Notes: a model not told the origin generated them from the letters alone. 64,000 nt of DNA from an uncultured Pseudomonadota bacterium (GCA_963748685.1 CAVVKB010000006.1:876-64875), one strand, 5' to 3'; counted from the first letter of the stretch, positions 1 through 12,130 are shown. Program-made: numbers and translations.

Positions 1-22
1 ACAGGCTTTTAGAGGAGCGGCC

Positions 23-1209
23 ATGAGGACTCGTTTTTGGATATGCCTGGCGATGGCGGCGCTGTGCCTGACAGGCTGCAGCGGGTTCTGGAAGGCTCCA
101 TCGGATGGGGGTGGCGGTGGAGGCGGTGGCGGCACGACGCTGAGCAGCGGAGACTTCTACGTCATCAATTCGGCAACCAACGAGGTCGCTGGGCTGTATG
201 TGAAGGCGGGGACGGTAACGGCGCTCGGCAGCACATACAAGCTCTCTGCTTCGCCGATTGCGATTACGATCGCTCCAAATAATGCGTTCCTTTATGTGAG
301 CACGCTGGGTGGAATCTTCGTATATACCATCGATAGTTCGACCGGGCTACTGACACTGGGGAATTCGGGGCAGCCGATTTCTTCGGATCCGGCCACAAGC
401 ATGCAGGTGGATTCGACGAATTCATGGCTTGTTGAGGGCTTCTCCGGAACTTCCAATCTTTTTGCGATTCATGTAAACCCCAGCACGGGAGTGCTGCAAT
501 CGAACCAGGAGCAGACCGGTGACGCTGCCGAGTTCCGGGATCAGGCAGTTGGCAATTTCGCCGGACAACACGACAGTGCTGGTGGCAATGGGAACTGGTG
601 GGACGGCAACCATTTCTTTCAATGCAGGAAACTCCAATCCGTTTGGAAGCGTTGGGACGCTCGGGGTGAAAGGTTCTGGTGGAGCAGCGCTTTCCGTTGC
701 GTTCGATCCGATTCCTTCGGGCGGAAACGCTCCGCAGCTGTTCTATATCGGGGAGACGGTCGCAGTTGCGGCAACCAACACCGACGCGAACACGGGCGGG
801 TTAAGAGCATTCAATTACAGCACGAAACAGGAGATCACGGGTTCGCCTTTAGGATCGGCGGGCTGGCGCCGTACTCCATCCTGCCGTTCTCGGACGGGAA
901 TTACGTCTACGTGGTCAGCAGACAGACTGCAAGCGGTTCCACAGGCGTGATTGCCGGGTTCTCGATCTCGAACACAAACAACACGCTTGCGCTTGCAGCC
1001 TGGGAAGCACCTTCAACGCGGGGACCAACCCGCAGGATCTTGCTGAGGACAGCACAAAGCAATTTGTGTTTGCCGTGAACTTCGGCGGGAATCCTGACCT
1101 GCTTGGATACACGCTAGATGCAACCAATGCCGGCTATCTGGACAAGGTGACCTCAAATGCCACGGGGACCGATCCTGTGCAGGCCAGTGCGATTGCCACT
1201 GTGCACTGA
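23..1209 (+). CDS. Beta-propeller (lactonase-like) lipoprotein, Acidobacteria-like; frameshifted in the sequence
   Basis: Lipobox LTGC, Gly linker, repeated propeller-blade motifs (ITIAPNNAFLYV, LAISPDNTTVLV, GNYVYVVS). Spread over ORFs 23-1078 and 519-950, ending at TGA 1207-1209. Confidence 0.65.
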
Positions 1210-1289
1210 GGGCTGGTCTGGGAGTTGAGTTACCTGCGGGGCTGTTGGGACCGGGGTTGCTGCTATCCTCAGATTAGACCTCCTTTGCT

Positions 1290-2533
1290 GTGTTGACGCG
1301 AATCTCAAATTTGTTCGTCCCGTTTTTTCGGCCCAATGCGGCCAGATTCCCTGCTCTGTTCCTGATGGGGCTAATCTCACTTGTGGCCGGCTGCAAACAT
1401 CTGCAAAAAGACAAGCGCGAGATGGTGTATGTGGCTGCGCGCCAAATGTATTTGCATGACCGTGTCGCGGCGGTATCGAATCGTGTTGGTCAAGTAGACA
1501 ATGGACAGCCACTGGAAGTGCTTGAACACGGACGCCGGTTTCTGAAGGTGAAGACGGAGAAGGGCGAGATCGGCTGGCTTGAAGAGCGTGCGGTAATAGA
1601 CGCGGAGGAATACAAGGTTTTCAAGATCTCGCAGAACAGCATAAGAACGACTCAGTGGTGGCGACGGGGAGCCTGCGCGACGATGCGTATCTCCATGTGA
1701 GCTCCGGGGCGGAATACGGATCGGTTTTACCTGCTTCCCGAAGCTGACAAGTTGCAGCTTCTGGTACGTGCTTCAGTGCCGAGGGTCGCGCCTGGCACGC
1801 CGGCTGCACCTGTGAAGAAGACGTCTTCCGCTCCGGTGTCCGGCATCGAGCAAAGCTGGGATGCAGCAATCAGAAAAAGCGGGGGACGCGAAGGAAGGAG
1901 CGGAGCAAGACAAAGAAGAGAGCAAGAGTCGGAGAGGAACCGCCGTCTCAGCCCGAAGTCCCGATGGAGGACTGGTGGCTCATCCGGGATGCACAGGGGC
2001 ATGTAGGTTGGCTGACGGGTGGACGCGTGGATGTGGACGTTCCAGATGAGGTAGGGCAATACGCAGAGGGACAGCGTATTGTGGGAGCCTACGTTCTTAT
2101 GAAGGTGACCGATGCCGAATCGGATCTTCCCAATCACCAGGTGCCGGAGTATGTGACAGCGATGAGCCCGCCGAAGTCCGGCTTGCCATACGATTTCGAT
2201 CAGATTCGTGTATTCACGTGGAGCGTTAAGCGGCATCGGTACGAGACGGCATTTCGCATTCGGCCGATCCAGGGATTTCTGCCGGTACGTGTGTGGACTG
2301 AGCCTTCGGGCAACGGAACCGAGCCAGTGTTCAGTTTTCAGATTCCACGCACGCCCGATGTGGCGATCGACCCGAGTACGGGAATCGCGAAGCCCGTGAA
2401 TCCGCGCACCGTTGCGTATGCAATGCGCGACAACATGGTGCGGCGTATTGGGCCTGATATGGCGCCGATTCCAACGACGCGTGTGCCGGGCGAGAAGGCC
2501 AAAGCAAAGGCAAGTAAGAAGAAGCGAAAATAA
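1290..2533 (+). CDS. SH3 domain-containing lipoprotein (Acidobacteria-like); frameshifted
   Basis: Lipobox VAGC and two SH3b-like segments ([23 protein letters not shown]; [16 protein letters not shown]), split over ORFs 1290-1700, 1752-2006 and 1964-2533. Confidence 0.7.
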
Positions 2534-2540
2534 TCACAGG

Positions 2541-2947
2541 TCACGCAGCGGGAGCGGGCCAGTGTTTCGGCGCGGCGCTGGCGGTGACCTGCGTTTTGTT
2601 GAGGGCGCGCTTGGGAATACGGGTCTGGGCAGCGATCCAGCTCATTGCGCCGGGAGCCAACGAGAGAGCGATGGGCGCGAGGTTCCGGCCCGCGGACGTG
2701 ACCATCAGGCGCGAGAGAGATGAGGCGAAGCGCATCCCGGGGCGCAGGTGGCTGCGGAGGGCTGATGGCAATGCGCTGGAGATATCCGATGGCTTCGGCG
2801 CTGAGGAATTCGCCGCAGACTTTGTGATGCGGTCGCAGATTGCTTTTCGAGGAGCGCGACTTCGCGTCCGGCGGCAGCGAGTCGAAGAGCCAGCATAGAG
2901 CCAGCCGGGCCGCCGCCAATGACGAGGTGATCGATGGAGCTGCGCAT
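2541..2947 (-). pseudogene. FAD-dependent oxidoreductase/monooxygenase with its middle region missing
   Basis: N-terminal GGGPAGS dinucleotide-binding motif and HKVCGEFLS are joined near 2765 directly to a C-terminal-like segment (MRFASSLSRLMV...WIAAQTRIP). About 135 codons in total. The start overlaps the upstream methyltransferase stop (TGATG). Confidence 0.6.
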
Positions 2948-3678
2948 CAGTGGACTCCGTTGTTTGTCCGGCCTACACAGAGCCGTGCGGGTGTGAAGCT
3001 TTGGATGGAGATATCCGATTTGTTCAATCCGGCTGCGGCGCACATTCTGCGCCAATCCTCTGGGATGAAGGCACGAGCGATGGAGACAGGGCCATCGTGC
3101 TGCACGAAGGGATGCAGATTTGCGAGCTTCGCGAAGATTTTGAAGAGGCGATATGGAATGGACGCGCGAGAAAGGTCGTTGATGAACCAGCCGATTTGAG
3201 CGTTGTTATCCATCCACGTGAGGAAACGGACTATGTCGGATTCGTTGAGATGGTGTGTGAAGAGAGAGCTGACGATGATGTCAACGGGCTTGTCGCTTGC
3301 GAATGTGAAGACGTTAGAGGCGACCCAACGGATACGGCTTGTGGATGGGGTTGCTTCCGCGGCGATGGCGACGGTATCGGGATTCAGATCGCATCCGGTC
3401 AGGTCGACGGGGATGTTGCGCTGTGAAGCCCACTGCTCAATGCGCCGCAAGCCGTCACCGTAGCCGCAGCCAACGTCGAGGATATGCGTGGGCTCTGCTG
3501 CTGGTTGTGAGCTCGAGCGAGGTCGAGCCATTTGAGGGTGGGCCTGTAGGCGAGGAACCATCGATTGACGCGGGCGAGATCGTGAAGACAGGCGCGCATG
3601 ACTTCGCGCGTGCATGGCTCGTCCATCAATTCGGTGAGCTCGAGCGCGTCGGCTGAAGTCGAGTGCGTCAGGCGGCAT
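2947..3678 (-). CDS. Class I SAM-dependent methyltransferase associated with the type III PKS; frameshifted
   Basis: ELMDEPC N-terminal motif, ILDVGCGYGD motif I, SSLFTHHL, INDLSR, HDGPVSIARAF. Confidence 0.8.
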   Translation of the reverse strand: MPPDALDFSRRARAHRIDGRAMHARSHARLSSRSRPRQSMVPRLQAHPQMARPRSSSQPAAEPTHILDVGCGYGDGLRRIEQWASQRNIPVDLTGCDLNPDTVAIAAEATPSTSRIRWVASNVFTFASDKPVDIIVSSLFTHHLNESDIVRFLTWMDNNAQIGWFINDLSRASIPYRLFKIFAKLANLHPFVQHDGPVSIARAFIPEDWRRMCAAAGLNKSDISIQSFTPARLCVGRTNNGVH

Positions 3679-4740
3679 GGAAGAGCATCGTCTCCGCGGT
3701 GACGCCTGGGCCAAAAGACATCGCGCATCCGCGCTGGCCTGAGTTTGCGGCGCGCAATACGTTTTCGAGGACGAACATTACGGTTGCGGAAGACATGTTG
3801 CCGAAACGTGCGAGAATGTCGCGGGAGTGGCAAAGAGCATCGTCGGGAAGTCCAAGGCCTTTTTCGACAGCATCGAGAACGGTGCGGCCGCCGGGATGCA
3901 CGGCCCATAGATCGATATTGAGTGGATCGCTTCCGCGGGTGACGTGGTGACCGATTTCTTTCATGGCACGGGAGATTTCGGCGGGAACCTGACCGGAGAG
4001 ATGCATGTCGAATCCAGCTCACGAATTTTCCAGGTGATGAGGTGGCTGGTTTCCGGGATGCGCAGAGCGAGGAAACTGTCGATGCCAAGGCCAATGGGGC
4101 GGGCGCTGACGAGACATGCCGCGCATCCATCAGCGAAGAGGAGAAACGAGAGCATCTGCTCGAGGTTCTGTGTCTCCTGCAGATGGAGAGTGCAGAGTTC
4201 CAGACTGAGGATCAGTACGACGGAATCGGGCTCGGAACGAACGATGTGGTGGGCGGACTTGAGTGCGTTGATTGCGGCGTAGCAGCCCATAAAGCCGATC
4301 ATGGTTCGTTCGACGGAGGGATTGAGGCCGAGGTGGTTGACGATGTCGTAGTCGAGACCGGGTGCATAGAGCCCAGTGCAGGAGGTGACAATGACGTGAG
4401 TGACCGCGTTGCGTTCTTCCATCGAGAGAGAGAGCTTGTTGAGCGCGCAGGCGGCGAGTTGCGGCGCGAATTTTTCGAAAGCTTCCATGCGGCGTGCGGT
4501 ACCGGGGAAGTTGCCGGTGGCGTAAAGATCTCTCCGCATCGCGCCATTCCCGTCCTTCGCACAGCGATGGGCTGCAGAAACGAATAGCGATGCTCGATGG
4601 CCGACATGCGCACCATGCGGCGGAATAGCGAGCGCTGGGTTCCTTCGGGCATCATGCCTTCAGCGAAAGCAACGAATGGACCGATGGACATCATGGGGCG
4701 GGACCGAACTGGCAATGCGATTGATGTAGGCAGTGGTCAC
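3668..4740 (-). CDS. Type III polyketide synthase (chalcone/stilbene synthase family); frameshifted
   Basis: Starts MTTAYINRIA. Catalytic Cys in GFMGCYAA, His in WAVHPGG, Asn in FGNMSSATV, plus FGPG; ELCTLH and LFADG motifs. Confidence 0.9.
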
Positions 4741-4881
4741 TTGCACCTCGTTGCAACTGAAATGTCGACCTTAGAAATTGTTAGATTCAGGGCGGGCCCT
4801 GGTGTCATCCGAATGTCATTCTGATTTCAGCAGATCGTCGGAACTCATCTTGCTGTTCAGGGCGTGAATATTTGGTGACAA

Positions 4882-6660
4882 TCACCATTGCACGCCGGGA
4901 TAGAGGCTCGGCCAGCGATAGGTGTGGAACTGGTCTGCGGCTGGGGTTGTGCCTTGCCAGATGACGTGGGTCGCCTGCGGGATTGAGCTCCTGCACGATA
5001 GCCTCCGTTGACGGTCGAGCCGAAGTTGGCATGAATATCGCCGTTGGGGAGTTGTTCCACGTTGCCGCCGAAGAATGTGAAGTAGCTGGGCGGCGGCGTG
5101 TAGTGAGTGACGAGGGTCGCAGTCATGTTCGTCTCGTTGAGTTCGAGAACAGGGACTGTAGAGTAGCAGTTCGAGACTCGTCGGCGCGAGAGGCTTGCAG
5201 ATCACCTGGCCGGTGGGGAAGATGCGGTCGTTGCCATTGTCCATCATGCCGAGACGGTAGATGCCGGTCGTGGTTGGGGAAAAGAAACTGAGGCCGTGCT
5301 GTGCGTAGAACCAGTCAGTGGGATCTGTGCCGCCGATCAGCTTGAAGTCGCCGCCTTCGCCGAGGCGCCACATTACGGCGCCAGAACCCTGGCCGTCCTG
5401 GAAGTTGATTTTGATGATCCAGTTCTGGTGGCGGACGGAGAGGAGCAGGTTGTGGTCGTCGCTGGAGTAGAGCCATGCCATTGGAGTGGGTCCAATCGGG
5501 AAAGTTCATCGGGTGACGATTGATGTCGAGGTGATCGAAGGTGTTCCAGACCCAATCGGGATTTCCGTTCTGGTCGACGTCAACGATTGCGTCGCCGAGG
5601 ACGGGTGTGGTGCCGGGGTAGCCGGGGAGGTTGCTGTATTCCTTGCTATAGTCCGTGAGCATGACCCAGTGGCCGTTGGGAAGAGCGACGACACTGTGAT
5701 GAAAGCCTCTGAAGTTGTAGACATTGCCGTCGGCGTCGCGGAGGTTTGAGGCGGCGAGTTTCTGATTCAGCTGGTCCATGGTGAGGCTGCGGACGGTGTT
5801 GCCGGCGAGGTCGATTTCGCGGATTTCGTTCACGAGGCCGACGGTGCCGTTGACGGATACGGACGAGAGATATGAGATCAGCATCAGCATGTTGCCATTG
5901 GGCAACTGCTGAATGCCCTGAATCAGATCGACCGTCGAGCCATGATAGAGATACGACCAGATCACGTTGCCGTCGAAGATCGGTGGCAAAAGCCTGAAGA
6001 ACGTTGGAGGGGATGGCGGTGTTCCAGATCTCGATGCCGGGTTGGGGGTGGCTCCGTTTGCGGTGGTGGTCTGGACCGGCGAGGTGGGCGGTGGAGTGCC
6101 GGTGGTGCAGGTGTGGTCGGCGTCGGTGTAGGTGGCGCCGTTATCGAGGGTGACGCGAGCGCGCATGATGGTAGAGGGTCTTGCCGATCATACCGGCGAC
6201 GAGGACTTTTACTGGCCCGCCGCTGGGCCCGCTGGGTACCTGCCAGGTGTTCGGCCGTAGTCGGTGGTCTTTCCGAATTCGACGGAGACTCTGCCCGAAG
6301 AGGGCAAGATTGATCGAGTAGGCGGCGACAAGCGGGCTGCCGGTCACGTCGGGGCACGACACCTGGGCGGCAGGGAGGAGCGCGACAACGGCAGTCGCAT
6401 AGTTCTGGGCGGGGCGGACGCGAGGGCGGCGGTGACCGAGATTTGATTCCCTGCGAGAGGACGGATGGAGCGGTGTAGTTGCCGGCGCTGTCGATCTTGC
6501 CGGTTTCGGGTTTGCCACCGGCCGTGCTGTTGACAAGCCATTCGATATCGCCGCCGGTGGCGGAGGTGGCGGTGAACTGGAACTTCTGTCCGGGCGAGAG
6601 GGCGACGTAGGTCGGGGAGATGGTGACGGAGCCGCTCTGGCTGGGTGTGCCTCCTGGGTT
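4882..6660 (-). CDS. Aryl-sulfate sulfotransferase (ASST) with N-terminal Ig-like domain; 5' end lost at the junction; frameshifted
   Basis: Motifs FHHSVVALPNGH, DWTHSN, LLLSVRHQNWIIKI, WFYAQH, MDNGNDR and YRWPSLYPGVQW, plus Ig-like VTISPTYVAL...GNYTAP. No start codon or signal peptide, because the upstream DNA belongs to a different gene. Confidence 0.75.
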
Positions 6661-6661
6661 T
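6653..6661. other. Chimeric junction between Acidobacteria-like and Sphingomonas-like sequence
   Basis: On the minus strand the YpfJ-like frame (GDDTLQRETQ) and the ASST frame (NPGGTPSQSGSVTISP) both run through AACCCAGG. Both genes are truncated here, and codon style and GC content change. Confidence 0.75.
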
Positions 6662-7429
6662 CGCGTTGCAGCGTATCGTCGCCGATGGCTTCGGCGGCGC
6701 GCATGCCTTCCTCGAAATCGCCCTGCTGATGACCGGTGGCCTTGCGAGTCGCTTGGCATTGGCCGCCCAGACGCCGGCGTAGCAGTCGGCCTGGAGCTCG
6801 ACTTGACCTGGATGGCATTGCCTCCGGCCTCGCTCGACCGCGCCTGCGCGTTGTGGGCGGTCGAGCGTGCCCTCAGGTCCTGGACGTGGTGGCCGACTTC
6901 GTGCGCAATCACATAGGCCGGCGAAATCGCCTGGCGCCTGGAAGCGCTGCGACAGCTCGTTGAAGAATTCGGTGTCGAGATAGATCTTCTTGTCGGTCGG
7001 ACAGTAGAACGGCCCCATCGCCGATTGCGCCGCCCCGCAGCCGGACTGGTACCCGCGAATAAGCGACCAGCGGCGTCGGCGTGTAACGGCCGATTGAGCG
7101 AAGAGCTTGCCCCACATGTCCTCGGTCGATCCGAGCACCTGCAGCATGAAGTGCCTGGTGTTCGGATCGAGCGTGCTTTGCCCGGCGGACGCGCTTTGCT
7201 GGGTCCCGGGACCAGCTGCCGCCGCCGCCGCCGCCCAGGCCGCCGAGCGAGCTCAGCAGGAAATAGCCGATGACGACGACGACGACTCCGCCGATGCCGA
7301 AGCGGCTCGCGACCAGGGGAGCAGGCAGCCGAGCGCGTTGCCGCCCCCGCCGCCGAAGCCGAAGCCGCCGCCGCTGCTGGCCGGTGACATCCTCGAAATT
7401 GCTGCTTTCCCGATCGTCGCCAAGCGCAT
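6655..7429 (-). CDS. Neutral zinc metallopeptidase (YpfJ family), C-terminus truncated at the junction; frameshifted
   Basis: MGPFYCPTDKKIYLD, IAHEVGHHVQ (HExxH), ELQADCYAGVWA, AAEAIGDDTLQ. The usual final segment of the family is absent. Confidence 0.85.
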
Positions 7430-7541
7430 GCGACTCTCCTGTTGCTTGGCCGTAATGCTTTGACGGGGCGGCGGTTGCAAATCGGGCGTCATTGCGGGGA
7501 GCGAAGGCGACGTGCAACAGGCAGGATACATTCGCCTCGCA

Positions 7542-8315
7542 ATGAAGTCTGTCTCAAGGCAAAGTCGCACTGGTGACCGGCTCCACGTCAGGCATCGGCC
7601 TTGCGATCGCCAGGGCCCTCGCGGGCGAAGGCGCCAAGCTGATGATCAACGGCTTCGGCGACCCGGCCGAGATCGAACGCGAATGCGCGGAGCTCGGCGC
7701 GATCCACGACGGCGCCGACATGTCGAAACCCGCCGAGATCGAACGCATGATGAAGCGCTGCGCGGATGAGCTGGGCGGGCCCGACATCCTCGTCAACAAT
7801 GCCGGCATCCAGCATGTGTCGCCGGTCGAGGAGTTCCCGCCCGAAAAATGGGACGCGATCATCGCCATCAACCTGTCGTCGGCGTTCCACACGACCCGCC
7901 TCGCCGTCCCGGCGATGAAGGCGCAAGCAATGGGGCCGGATCATCAATACCGCGAGCGCGCACAGCCTCGTCGCCTCGCCCAACAAGAGCGCCTATGTCG
8001 CCGCCAAGCACGGCATCGCCGGCTTCACCAAGACCGTCGCGCTGGAGACCGCGCGCGACGGCATCACCGTCAACTGCATCTCGCCCGGCTATGTCTGGAC
8101 GCCGCTGGTCGAGAGCGCAGATCCCCGACACGATGAGGACCCGCGGCCTGACCCGCGAGCAGGTGATGAACGACGTGCTGCTCGCCGCCCAGCCGACCAA
8201 GCGGTTCGTCACGCCGGAGCAGGTCGCCGCGCTGGCCCTGTTCCTCTGCCGCGACGAAGCCGCGTCGATCACCGGCGCGAACCTCAGCATGGACGGTGGC
8301 TGGACCGCGGCCTAG
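7542..8315 (+). CDS. bdhA: 3-hydroxybutyrate dehydrogenase (SDR); frameshifted
   Basis: [66 protein letters not shown]. Confidence 0.9.
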
Positions 8316-8326
8316 GCTCGTCGCCG

Positions 8327-8955
8327 ATGCGCTCGCTCGCTCCTCGCCGCCGCCTCGCCCTGCGCCGGCTGCGAGGTGATCGAGCAGCCGGCGGGCCTGA
8401 TCCCGCGCTGGACGACCGCCTAGCAGCGAAGTCATCACCGAGAACGACCGCGTCCGGCTGCGCGATTGGCGCAAGACGTTCGTCGGCGCGCTCGCCGCTG
8501 CGCGCAAGTCCGGCCATGCCGCGGAGATCGCCCGCGAAGGCGCGCTGCTCGATCCCGATGCGGCGCAGGCCGGCCGGCCGATTCCCGAACGGGATGTACC
8601 GCTGCCGGGTGATCAAGCTCGGCGCGAAGTCGCAGGCATGCTCGATTACGTCGTCCTACCCGGCTTTCACCTGCCGGGTTCGCGCGCGAGCGTGAGCTGC
8701 AGCGGCTCGACCAAGCTCAGCGGCTCGCAGCGCTATGTCGGCCTGATTTTCCCCGGCGATGCGATCCGCAAGATTTTCCTCGGCACGCTGGTGCTCGGCG
8801 ACGAAAACCGCGCGATGCAATATCGGCCAGGACGAGCAGCGCGACGTCGCCGGCTATGTCGAGCGGATCGGCGCCGAACCGTTGGCGGCTGGTGATGCCG
8901 CAAGCCGCAATTCGAATCCCGGCTCGATGTGATGGAGCTGGTTCCCGCGAGCTAG
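8327..8955 (+). CDS. DUF4893-like lipoprotein; frameshifted
   Basis: [58 protein letters not shown], assembled across frames. Confidence 0.7.
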
Positions 8956-8970
8956 GCGCTGGCGCTAGGC

Positions 8971-9932
8971 TCAAGCCGCCGGCGCTGCAATCGGCCGAGA
9001 AGCTCGAGATCCAGCTGATCAGACGCATCGCGGCGGTCAATTGCCCGAGCTGCTCGAAGCTGTTGCGCTCGCGATCGGTGCCGTGATGCCGGGTTGCGCC
9101 ATCAGTCCAGGCCAAGGCGACCGCCGCGAGCGCCGCCCCGGTCTCGGCGGCTGACCTAATCAAGCGCCGCCAGCACCTGCAGTCCTTGACCGTCGAGATA
9201 ATCGCGCGACGCGGTCGCCGCGCATGCTTTTCGAAAGGTCGCTCGCTTGCGAGCGGTATTTTCCCGTCAGGAAGCCGTTGGCCAGGCCGAAGAACGGAAC
9301 GACGCCGAGGCGCTGCTGGCAACCGCGACATGGCGCGACGCCCGGCCTCGAACTTCTCCGCGCTCGACGCATATTGTACCAGGGCTGAAGAGCGCGACGG
9401 GTGCCGACGAAGCCATCGCCGCGCGCCGTCTACATGGGCTTGATCGAGCCGCTCGGCGTCGAATATTGCGACAGGCCGATCGCCCGGATCTTGCCCCGCC
9501 TTCACCAGCGCGTCCGAACGCGCCGAGACTGTCGGCTAGCGACACCGCCGGGTCGTCCTTGTGATGATAATAGAGGTCGATCTCGTCGATTCCGAGCCGC
9601 TCCAGCGAAGCCTCGCACGCCGTGCCAATGCGTCTCGCGGCGCAAGCGCCGCACCATCGAAACCGACCTTGGTCGCGATCACGACCTCGTCGCGCTTGGA
9701 CGGATCTCGCTTGAGCCATCGCCCGATCAGCGGCTTCACTTTCGCCGCCTTGATGACCTGGCACCCAGGCCGAATAGACGTCGGCCGTGTCGATCATATC
9801 GCCGCCGGCATCGACAAAGGCATCGAGGATCGCGAAGCTCGTCGCCTCGTCCGCGGTCCAGCCGAACACATTGCCGCCGAGTGCCAGCGGCGCGACCGCG
9901 AGATCGCTGTTTCCAATCGCGACGCTTTTCAA
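8971..9932 (-). CDS. Aldo/keto reductase; heavily frameshifted
   Basis: LALGGNVFGWTAD, IDTADVYSAW, IATKVG, SLERLGIDEIDLYYHH, LANGFLTGKYR. Confidence 0.85.
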
Positions 9933-10001
9933 TCACCGGCCGCTCCTGCTGTTGCGCCGGGCCTGTTTCCGGTGCGCAAGTTCCAGCGTTCACCACTTCT
10001 T

Positions 10002-10044
10002 TGTAAAGTTTAGCGACACCCGTGCCCATGTCGGTGAATTGACA
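10002..10044. promoter_or_regulatory. Pair of TGT-N10/11-ACA palindromes (candidate PrsR / PEP-CTERM-box enhancer sites) upstream of prsK
   Basis: TGTAAAGTTTAGCGACA (10002-10018) and TGTCGGTGAATTGACA (10029-10044). A similar site occurs at 58798-58813. Confidence 0.5.
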
Positions 10045-10055
10045 CTGACGCGGCC

Positions 10056-12130
10056 GTGGACACGCTGATCACCTTCTGGAGCCACGCGCTTGCCGCGGCC
10101 TGCTTCGCCGCGCTGATGCTGTGGCGGCTCGGCGATGCGGCACGTCAACCCGGCGCAGCGCCTGATTGCCGCCAGCTTTGCCCTGACTGCATGCTGGGCC
10201 TGGCTCAGCGGCGGTGATGCCGAGCGAGCTGCCGTAGCCTCGTTCGCCGAAAGCGCGCGCAACCTGCTGTGGATCAGCCTGCTCTACAGCCTGTCGAGCG
10301 GCGAGAAGGAGCGGCAGCACGGCGTGAAGCTGGTCTACGCCGCGGTGGCCGGAGTCATCGGGCTCCAGCTGATCGGCGGGCTCTTTCAGCTGCTCGAGCC
10401 CCGGCGGAGCGATCGCACAGACCGGCGCTGGTGCTCCGGATCACGACCGCCGCCGGCGCGCTGGTGCTGGTCCACAATGTCTACGGCCAGGCGGCGCCGG
10501 CGAGCCGCGCCCACATCCGCTTCGCGATGCTCGGGCTCGCCGCGATCTGGACCTATGATCTCAATCTTTACACCGTCGCCTATTTGAGCAGCGCGAGCGC
10601 CGTCCATTTGTTCGAATGGCGCGGCTTCGCGATGGTGCTGGCGGCGCCGCTGCTCGCGCTGGCGGCGCGTAATGAGTGCGAGCTGGCGCGTCCGTCTGTC
10701 GCGAGCGGCGACGTTCCAATCGCTCTCGCTGCTCGCCATCTGCGCCTATTTCGCCGTGATGGCGATCCTCGCCACCGCGCTTCGCGGCGCCGGCCGTCGA
10801 CTGGTCGTCGAGCGCTTGATGCTCTCTGCTCGGTGCAATGACCGTGGCCGCCATGGTCCTTCTCCCGAGCGCTCGCGCACGCGGCTGGATGAAGGTCAAG
10901 CTTGCCAAGCATTTGTTCGAGCACCGCTACGATTATCGCTCCGAATGGCTTCGCTTCACCGAAACGCTTGGCCGTGCGGGCCCCGACGCGCCGCCGCTCA
11001 GCGAGCGGATCGTCAAGGCCTTCGCCGACATCGTCGATACCGCCGGGCGGGCTGTTGCTGGTGTCGGACAAGGGCGGCGGCCTGACGCATCGCCGATGGC
11101 AGCAACTGGCCAGGACAATGCCCGAGCCCCGACGCCCTCGAGAAATTCGTCGGGCATTCTGGCACGAGCTCGAAACGAGCGGCCGGGTGCTCGATTTCGA
11201 AGCTCTTCGTGGAGGCTGGGCAAGCGCCAGGGACCGCGCGTTGGTCGTCCCCGCATGGCTGCTCGACGATCCAGCGGTCTGGGCCGGCGTGCCGCTGCTC
11301 CACCATCGAGCGCCTGGTCGGCCTGATCGTGCTCGCCGCGCCCGAATATCGCCGCCAGCTCGACTGGGAAGATTTCGACTTGCTCCGCACGGCCGGCAAG
11401 CAAGCCGCGAGCTCGCTTGCCGAGGCGCATGGGCCAGGAAGCGCTCAGCCATGCGCAGCGATTCGAGGAATTCAACCGCCGCTTCGCCTTCATCCTTCAC
11501 GACATCAAGAATCTGGTCAGCCAGCTTTCGCTGCTCGCCCGCAATGCCGAACGGCACGCCGACAATCCCGAATTCCGCGCCGACATGGTCGCGACGCTGC
11601 GGTCCTCGGTGGGCAAGATGAACGAGCTGCTGGCGCGCCTTGCGCCGCATTCGCAGTCGCGCGTGCAGCGCATCGAGTCCCAGCCGCTCCGGCCGATCCT
11701 CACCGCGGCAATCGCCGCCAAGCGCCGCGACCGGGACGTCAAGCTGCTGGGCGATGCCAGCGTGTCGGGCGCTGGTCGATGCCGTCCGCGCTCGAACAGG
11801 CGGTCGGCCATCTCCTCCAGAATGCGCTCGACGCGAGCAGCGGCGAGGCCGGTGACCGTCCGGGTCAGCGAATGACTCGAGCGGCGTCGCCATCGCCATC
11901 ACCGACAAGGGCGTCGGCATGGACGGCGACTTCATCCGCAATCGCCTGTTCGAGCCGTTCGCCTCGACCAAGCCCGGCGGCTTCGGCATCGGCGCCTTCG
12001 AAGCACGCTCGCTGATCACCGCGATGGGCGGCCGGCTCAGCGTCGACAGCCGGCCCGGCCAGGGCACCACCTTCACCATCCTTCTTCCCGCCGCCGACGC
12101 CGACGCGGTCGAGCCAATCAGGAAACGCGC

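Noticed and set aside
106-133. GGN tandem repeats (also 7217-7235, 7340-7375, 41980-42030)
   Set aside because: They encode Gly or Pro/Thr linkers within proteins and are not independent repeat elements or CRISPR-like arrays.
1-6655. Horizontally acquired acidobacterial island in a Sphingomonas genome
   Set aside because: No mobility genes or att-like repeats, both flanking genes are cut mid-frame, and sequence quality is poor. An artefact is more parsimonious.
5962-6912. ORF appearing to fuse a HExxH peptidase to an Ig-like/sulfotransferase region
   Set aside because: It crosses the chimeric junction and several indels, so it is not a credible natural fusion.
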